From: Gammaproteobacteria bacterium | GTDB taxonomy: Bacteria > Pseudomonadota > Gammaproteobacteria > JBCCGL01 | NCBI GenBank assembly: GCA_965277715.1 | Contig: OZ255836.1 | Coordinates: 576,001-640,000 of the forward strand | Direction: 5' to 3' | DNA length: 64,000 bases | In this document: positions 57,792-64,000 of the stretch, in pieces | Layout: the number at the start of each line of letters is the position of its first letter | Position numbering within the stretch: position 1 is the first letter of the stretch | Notes under the pieces: generated by a model | Seen by the model: only the letters and a program-made list of their open reading frames with translations | Database searches by the model: none | What the model was told of the DNA's origin: nothing | Translations under genes and position numbers: made by a program

Positions 57792-58121
57792 TCAACCGAC
57801 CCAGCTCACTATCACTGACAAACTGACACTGCCGGCTAAAACCCCTGCAAATAACATGCGCCGAAAAACGAAATAAGCGATAAATGCAATGGCGATTGCA
57901 GTACAGCGAATCGGGAGTGAGACGTTGGCCAGTTCGCTTTCTGGCATGATCAACATGCGAAATATCAACCCCGCGACCATTGCGTAGGAGACGCAGGTAA
58001 TCCATTCAAAAACAGCACCGTCCGGGTCGATTTTTTTTACCGCAACAGCGGCCAAAAAACGCCAGAAAAAGGTCGCTGCCGAACACCCCAAAACAATCAA
58101 CCATAATGTTTCGCTGTTCAT
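57792..58121 (-). CDS. AzlD-family membrane protein
   Basis: 109 aa hydrophobic, ATFFWRF; coupled to the AzlC-like gene. Confidence 0.8.
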   Translation of the reverse strand: MNSETLWLIVLGCSAATFFWRFLAAVAVKKIDPDGAVFEWITCVSYAMVAGLIFRMLIMPESELANVSLPIRCTAIAIAFIAYFVFRRMLFAGVLAGSVSLSVIVSWVG

Positions 58122-58840
58122 GACAGTACGCGTTTTATTGTGGGTATTCTGCTCAGAAAGAACCCCAGGCTTCCCCCCACAACGCCGGTAAGCAGTAGGT
58201 CGATGGAGGGAAAATATTTGTGGGCCAGTGGTACTGTCAGGCAGCCAAGCAATAGTGCCGCCCGCTCTCCGGGTTTGGAGGCTGAGGATAATACCAATGC
58301 AAAAAATAGCGGGCTTAAAAAAATCAACCCCAATATCACAGATGGAGGCAGTACCGCCGAGGCGTGATAGCCGAGTAAAGTGCCGATAATAGCGGCGCTC
58401 AAAATTGTTGTAGCGAACACCACGTAGTACAAAGGGCGGTATGCCGGGGCCACTTCTGGAAATTGTCGCAGGCACATTGCCCAGGAATTAATCGACAGCA
58501 ATTGCGCGTATAAAATTAATGCGGGGAGCCTGGTTTTTTCGCGTGTCATCGCCGGTATGAACGATACCACCATGGGAAAGAAACGGGCGTTAGCGAGTGA
58601 GCAGGCAAAGATAATTGCGATGGTGTTTTGCCCTGTTGCGGTGAGCTCCAGCATGGCAAGCTGGCCGGGTAAACCCCAGATTAGAGCGGTGGCCAGTGCC
58701 GCCATTTCAGGGGCAAAACCAACGCTGCGTGCCAGTGAGCCAAACCCCATCATTGTTGCCAGTAAAATAAAGGCGGGCAGCGAGAGGGCGGCTACAATGG
58801 CTTTTAGAAAGACGTGGCCAGTGCCACTGGTTTGCATCAT
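58118..58840 (-). CDS. AzlC-family permease
   Basis: GFGSLA, IWGLPGQLAM, NARFFPM. Confidence 0.85.
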   Translation of the reverse strand: MMQTSGTGHVFLKAIVAALSLPAFILLATMMGFGSLARSVGFAPEMAALATALIWGLPGQLAMLELTATGQNTIAIIFACSLANARFFPMVVSFIPAMTREKTRLPALILYAQLLSINSWAMCLRQFPEVAPAYRPLYYVVFATTILSAAIIGTLLGYHASAVLPPSVILGLIFLSPLFFALVLSSASKPGERAALLLGCLTVPLAHKYFPSIDLLLTGVVGGSLGFFLSRIPTIKRVLS

Positions 58841-59038
58841 AAGTGTGTCTACTGTGTGTTACCGATGGAAAGAGGCGGGTGGTGTATGGAATGGCTTGAG
58901 GGGGTAAATATCCAGCAAGTATAGCCTCAGGTTGAAGGCAGTAGGTATAGTGGTTTATCTGGGTTCTGTTTTTATATAGGTAGTGTCGGGTGTTATGAGG
59001 TTTCGCTGGGGATGTTTTGGTGTATCTCTTTTCGTATT

Positions 59039-59054
59039 TGGCATATCAATTGCT
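59039..59054 (+). promoter_or_regulatory. Sigma54 -24/-12 promoter
   Basis: TGGCAT-N5-TTGCT, 35 bp upstream of fliK. Confidence 0.7.
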
Positions 59055-59089
59055 CTTGCTAAGACCATACAAACCAGTGTCCAGTTTAC

Positions 59090-60703
59090 GTGCAGCCACA
59101 AGTATTATTTAATTTAGAGACTTTACCCACTATAACGGCGGTGCCAGTCGCGCCGCAGTCGGTGGTGCCTGGCGCGCATTTTTCAAGCCAACTCCAGGTA
59201 ATAATCGATCAGCAAACGGCTGATTTAAGTGAAGTTTCCCCAGATTCTCCCACGAATATTGATAATGTGGCCAACAGTCAGCGCCCCATTTTTCTATCTC
59301 AAGTTGCAAAGGAAATACCGCGACAATCAACATTGCCTACGGAGGGAGGTGGGCAGCACCCACCATTATCCTCTACGTTGATACAGCCTCGACATGGAAG
59401 TGATTTGCCGCCGCAAGATCAGGATTTGCCTGGTTCTGTATTTTCTGGCGTAACCGTTTCGCCACATTTGAATGCGACGCTGGCGCAAGTCAAGCTAGAG
59501 AGGGTAGGCCCAGAGCCGGTTGTTCTAGAAAGAGTGGGGGCAGGTGTAAAAGAAGGGCGGCAGAGCCCACTCGATCATCGCTTGCTCGCTGAAACCGCTT
59601 TTTATCAGCCGACAACGAATATTGCTGCGGATGGTGACGGCCTGCCCATAGCTCAAGAGGTGGCGGTAAAACCGTCGAATGTGCCGCTGGAGGGCACTCA
59701 CTCGTTGGTTCTACAACAGAGAGTACCGCAGGTTGTGCAAATGCGTAGCACAACAATTAGGCATGATAGTGTGAGTGGCAATGAGCCTGCCGTAACAACG
59801 GGCCTTCATGTGCCGGATGTACAGGTACGATTAGAGCAACTTCAACAACCGCGACAAACGACACAAGAGGCAATGCAGCCTGTTTATCAAAAACCAATTG
59901 AAACACCGCCTGTTGTGTCGCGCCAACTCGATGATATACCACAGAGAATACCGCAGGTTGTGCAAACGCGTAGCACAGCAATTAGGCGTGATAATGTGAG
60001 TGGCAATGAGCCTGCCGTAACAACGGGCTTTCGTGCGCCGGGTGTACAGGTACGATCAGAGCAACTTCAACAACCGCGACAAACGACACAAGCGGCAACA
60101 CCGCCTATTGTGTTGCGCCAACTTAATGATATGCCACGTGTGCAAAAAACCATTGATACAACTGCATCGGTAGAAATTGATACCAGTGGGTTTGAGGCGG
60201 GCAACAATACACTGTCGCCACATCGTGGCCTGGCCAGTACCTCTCAGATACCACAACTATCGTTAGGTAGCCGCCTGGAGAGTGTCGATTGGTCGAATAA
60301 TTTTGCCGACAAGGTTCAGCAGATTTTAAAGGGGGATTTTAAGCAGGCGGAAATTCGTCTGGATCCGCCACACCTTGGCAAGATTGATGTGCGGATTGAT
60401 CTTAACAGTGACCGCACAGCGATTATTTTTCATGCCGATCAAGCGGTGGTACGCGAGGCGATTGATCATTCGGCTACGCGTTTGCGCGAGCAATTGGCAA
60501 CGGCGGGCTTTGGTAATATTGAGTTGGGTATTTCTTCAGGTGATGCCCAGAAAAATCAGCGGGGTCGGCGTGATGGAAATGGCGGGGGTGCAGGGCAGTA
60601 TGCTGTTGATGATGAGGGTGTCGATGGGGATATTGTCAGTGATTCACAGGTGGCCCGGTTGGCATTAAATGAAAGGGCTGGGTCGGTTAATGTGTACGCA
60701 TAA
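59090..60703 (+). CDS. fliK: Flagellar hook-length control protein
   Basis: Long P/Q/T-rich disordered region; C-terminal W..FADKV..AEIRLDPPHLGKIDVRI..VREAI..RLREQL; ends VNVYA. Confidence 0.85.
   Translation: MQPQVLFNLETLPTITAVPVAPQSVVPGAHFSSQLQVIIDQQTADLSEVSPDSPTNIDNVANSQRPIFLSQVAKEIPRQSTLPTEGGGQHPPLSSTLIQPRHGSDLPPQDQDLPGSVFSGVTVSPHLNATLAQVKLERVGPEPVVLERVGAGVKEGRQSPLDHRLLAETAFYQPTTNIAADGDGLPIAQEVAVKPSNVPLEGTHSLVLQQRVPQVVQMRSTTIRHDSVSGNEPAVTTGLHVPDVQVRLEQLQQPRQTTQEAMQPVYQKPIETPPVVSRQLDDIPQRIPQVVQTRSTAIRRDNVSGNEPAVTTGFRAPGVQVRSEQLQQPRQTTQAATPPIVLRQLNDMPRVQKTIDTTASVEIDTSGFEAGNNTLSPHRGLASTSQIPQLSLGSRLESVDWSNNFADKVQQILKGDFKQAEIRLDPPHLGKIDVRIDLNSDRTAIIFHADQAVVREAIDHSATRLREQLATAGFGNIELGISSGDAQKNQRGRRDGNGGGAGQYAVDDEGVDGDIVSDSQVARLALNERAGSVNVYA
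59716..60092 (+). repeat. Internal direct repeat in fliK (225-bp period)
   Basis: 59716-59867 closely matches 59941-60092. Confidence 0.88.
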
Positions 60704-60836
60704 AAGACGCCAAAGCAAGAAGTGGTTGGCGCTGAATTTCTCCTATTGTTTTACACCGCCTACCTTGTATTGACGGGTTCAGCGTTGCGCTGTACTAGGT
60801 TTAGCCTAAATGGATGGGCCTATCTTAAAACCCTGT

Positions 60837-62678
60837 CTATTTTTCGGTATAGAGGTTATTTACCACCGCTGCGATCTGGCTGCCTTTAAATACAGGTAAT
60901 GAACAGGCCTTATCAGAGCAGGCAAAGGCGGCGGCACGGTCGAGCTGTGGGTAGGTGACGTCGGCATTGGGCAGCGGGCCTTCGCGTTTGTCCCACCAGT
61001 CGATACGCAGGTAACTGCCGGGGTAGGCGCGTGCAGCGGCGTGCAATGCGCTGGCGGCCGGGTCATCTTTGGCACCGACGATGGTGATATGTGCCGGTTC
61101 GTGGGTGAGCTCGTAGTCGGCCAATAGGATATCCGGTTGGAAAATAAACTCTTCGCTTAATTCCGGTGCGGCAAGATAACGCATGGCGTGTTCTGCGATG
61201 GCGCGCAGGCGTGGTTCCCCTGTGTAATATGAGGCGATATTGGCGGTGCGTGCCAGAGCGGCAATTTCATCAATTTGTTTAATGGGTTTGCTGAATACAC
61301 CGGTTGAGGCGGGTTCTTTGGCGGCGCTGTTGTAACCACCACGGTTGTCTTTGAAAGTACGCTCGATAAAGTCCAGTGTGGTCGTTGCCTTTTCCAGCCA
61401 ATGGCGTTCACCACTGCTTTGATAAAGGGCGATAAATGCCTGTGCCATAGCCTGGTTATCACTGAGATATGGACCGCCTGCGTCGTTGCTGCCGTGGCTG
61501 AATCCACCACCCGGCAGGCTGCGCTCGCTGAGGATAAAGTGCGCCGAGGCAAGTGCCCGCTCGCGTGCCGTTTCAAGCCCACTGGCGTTGTACAGACTGA
61601 GCAGGGCGCGAATTGCCCAGCCGTTTTCGCGTGCATAGATATTGGTATCGATACGTGGCATGCCCTTGGCACGACGCTGCTGATCGTTGAGTGGAAAGTA
61701 ATCGTGTCCGTCGACCTCAATGCTGAGGTCGGCATCCTGGCTGGTGTAAAACCCACCACTGGGCGCGAGTAGAAATGTTTCCAGGTAGTTATAAATTTGC
61801 AGCGCGGCACTGAGGTGGTCGGCCTGTTGCCAGCGCGCATAGGCGAGGGCGTAGAGGCGCAGGTTTTCAGCCTGGTAAAACATGATTTTTTCAAAGTGGG
61901 GTGATAGCCAGTCCTTTTGGTCTGAATACTGGTAAACACCCCCCCATTGCGGGTCGATTAAATTGAGGCCATTGTGCAGGGTAAGCCGTGCCATTAGTGC
62001 GTATTGCGACCTGCCGAGGCGGGATTGTTCAAGTGAGTATTCGGTGGCGGGCGCGTTGACAAATTTGTGCACATTGCCCCAACCGCCATATTCTGCATCG
62101 TAGAAGTCATTAAATGTTGCCTGTAGTTTTTTCCTCAGTGTCTCGCTGAGTGCCGCCTGATTGGCAGGGGTCGCCTCTGGCTCTGCGAATACCGAAGGGC
62201 CGGGGCTGGGATCGTCAATAATGGCTTGCAACATGGCGACCATACCGATAGTGGGGATATAGCCACGGCGTTTGACTATTTCCTCTCCCTGGGCTGAGAA
62301 GACGATAGTGGCTGGCCAACCCCATCGGCCATAGCGGCTGGCCATATCCGGGTTGGCATCGGCGTCGACCCGCACGGGGATGTAGTGTGCGTTGATTAGC
62401 GCGATCACCTTTGGGTCACTGTAGGTTTTTGCTTCCATGACATGGCACCAGTGACACCATACGGCTTCAAGATCTAAGATAACAAAACGCTGTTGCTGTT
62501 GGGCGCGGGTGAATAAATCATCCTGCCAGCTTTGCCACTGGATGCCCTTCTTGTGGCTGCTCTGATTGTCGGCAGCATGGGCATGAGATATAACGATTGC
62601 CAACAGCAACAAAACGGATGACAATAGGTGCACAATTGATAAGGTTTTTTTATGTAAGGGTATACAGAAGCTTTTCAT
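60837..62678 (-). CDS. Exported thioredoxin/DUF255 (YyaL-like) protein
   Basis: Signal peptide, WCHWCHVME, GWPAT, PHFEK, GGFYTSQDAD. Confidence 0.88.
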   Translation of the reverse strand: MKSFCIPLHKKTLSIVHLLSSVLLLLAIVISHAHAADNQSSHKKGIQWQSWQDDLFTRAQQQQRFVILDLEAVWCHWCHVMEAKTYSDPKVIALINAHYIPVRVDADANPDMASRYGRWGWPATIVFSAQGEEIVKRRGYIPTIGMVAMLQAIIDDPSPGPSVFAEPEATPANQAALSETLRKKLQATFNDFYDAEYGGWGNVHKFVNAPATEYSLEQSRLGRSQYALMARLTLHNGLNLIDPQWGGVYQYSDQKDWLSPHFEKIMFYQAENLRLYALAYARWQQADHLSAALQIYNYLETFLLAPSGGFYTSQDADLSIEVDGHDYFPLNDQQRRAKGMPRIDTNIYARENGWAIRALLSLYNASGLETARERALASAHFILSERSLPGGGFSHGSNDAGGPYLSDNQAMAQAFIALYQSSGERHWLEKATTTLDFIERTFKDNRGGYNSAAKEPASTGVFSKPIKQIDEIAALARTANIASYYTGEPRLRAIAEHAMRYLAAPELSEEFIFQPDILLADYELTHEPAHITIVGAKDDPAASALHAAARAYPGSYLRIDWWDKREGPLPNADVTYPQLDRAAAFACSDKACSLPVFKGSQIAAVVNNLYTEK

Positions 62679-62916
62679 TGAGCAGACCTGTTTGTAACAA
62701 CAGCGGCTTGGATAACTATAACGGGTTGAAGTTCAGGAATTATGCTAAAACAACGCTGAAGAATTTCTTGTATCGTCTATATTACTACCCTAAAAAAACT
62801 TAAATTTAGAACTGCCTGTTAACATTACCTGAAAGAGATGTTTTGCCTCATAAGGGTTGTTTTGACAGGCTTAAATATTTATCGTCACTCTATAAGTAGC
62901 ACAAAATAGGGCGTGT

Positions 62917-64000
62917 GTGTTGACACCGATTAGTCAAATTATTGAAAAACTCCGATCCGGCAAGCTGAGCAGTGTTGCTTTGGTTGAGAGTTGCATCGCG
63001 GCGGCAGAGCGTAGTGATGCGGTATTTATTACTCTGAATGCCGATCAGGCCATTGCCCAGGCGACGCGGGTCGATAATGCCCGTCGCTCGCATGGCGCAT
63101 TGCCACCCTATGCCGGTATTCCCATTACATTGAAGGATTTATTTGATGTGCAGGGTGAGGTGACGACTGCCGGTTCACGTGCATTGGCTTTCGATCCGCC
63201 CGCGACTCAGGATGCCACTGTTGTGCAACGTTTGCGCGATGCGGGGTTTATCTTTCTCGGTCGCGTCAATATGAGCGAATTTGCCTTTTCCGGTATGGGA
63301 ACCAATCCACATTATGGTACACCGCTGTCGATTTGGGATCGACAGATGCAGCGCCTGCCGGGTGGTTCTTCTTCAGGCAGTGGGGTCAGTGTTGCCGAGG
63401 GTATCGTGCCCGGCTCTATCGGTTCAGATACCGCCGGTTCCACGCGTGTTCCTGCGGCGTTTAATGGTGTGGTGGGGTTTAAACCGAGCTATGGCCGGTT
63501 TCCACTCGATGGGATGTTTCCATTGTCACCGACGACTGATGCACCTGGCCCGTTAGCCAGTACAGTCGAGTGTTGTTACCTATTGGATGCCGCGATGGAT
63601 GGCGATCTGCGCCCGGCACAACTAATAACCAAACCGGCAAAGGATATAAAGCTATTACTGCCGCGTGCCAATGTGATGAGAAATCTCGATCCTGTCGTCA
63701 GCCGGACATTTGAACAGGCAATAAACAGTTTGCGCACGGCTGGATTGCGTATCGAGTCAACGCCGGTGCCCGCGTTGGATGGCTTGTTGGCGTTGTTTCA
63801 GAAGAGACCGTTAGCCACGTATGAAGCCTGGAGGGCGCACCGCAAACGGATTGCCGAATGCGGTTATGAATATGATCCATTTGTGCGTTTACGTATTAGT
63901 GGTGGTGCCGATATAAGTGATGATGATTATAAGAAAACCCATAGCCAGCGGCGTATGTTGATTAAAGAGCTGGCAAAATCAATGCAGGGATATGATGGCA
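62917..64000 (+). CDS. Amidase-signature family amidase (3'-truncated by the window)
   Basis: GIPITLKDLFDV, GGSSSGS, GSDTAGSTRVPAAFNGVVGFKPS; GTG/TTG start at 62917/62920. Confidence 0.9.
   Translation, partial: MLTPISQIIEKLRSGKLSSVALVESCIAAAERSDAVFITLNADQAIAQATRVDNARRSHGALPPYAGIPITLKDLFDVQGEVTTAGSRALAFDPPATQDATVVQRLRDAGFIFLGRVNMSEFAFSGMGTNPHYGTPLSIWDRQMQRLPGGSSSGSGVSVAEGIVPGSIGSDTAGSTRVPAAFNGVVGFKPSYGRFPLDGMFPLSPTTDAPGPLASTVECCYLLDAAMDGDLRPAQLITKPAKDIKLLLPRANVMRNLDPVVSRTFEQAINSLRTAGLRIESTPVPALDGLLALFQKRPLATYEAWRAHRKRIAECGYEYDPFVRLRISGGADISDDDYKKTHSQRRMLIKELAKSMQGYDG

Overview
Bacterial chromosomal window, probably Gammaproteobacteria (purM/purN, DUF2066, hda, DUF3108 neighbourhood). The left ~18 kb is the most notable part: a minus-strand contractile-tail (tailocin/eCIS-like) module reading REC-like/AraC regulator, RfaH, then P2-type baseplate genes (W, V, putative spike tip, J, I), then at least three tandem giant tail-fibre genes. 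The fibres have near-identical N-termini, shuffled repeat modules and different C-terminal tips (S74 chaperone, interrupted FG-GAP propeller, third copy off-window). A ~300-bp promoter/leader with AraC-type direct repeats, a hairpin, an ops element and a tiny uORF is duplicated upstream of both regulators, and the AraC gene is frameshifted at an A11 tract (candidate phase-variable switch or assembly error). No capsid, terminase, integrase, sheath or tube gene is visible. The rest holds a nucleobase-salvage/ABC cluster (split BtpA-APRT fusion, active plus degenerate deaminase, upp), a SWIM-SNF2 pair, a polar amino-acid ABC system, an uncharacterised MotA/ExbB + two ExbD-like + double FGE-sulfatase operon, LemA-M48, assorted metabolic genes, chrBA, an orphan sigma54-preceded fliK, a partial amidase and a small MITE family. 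Calls come from reading motifs by eye; no searches were run.
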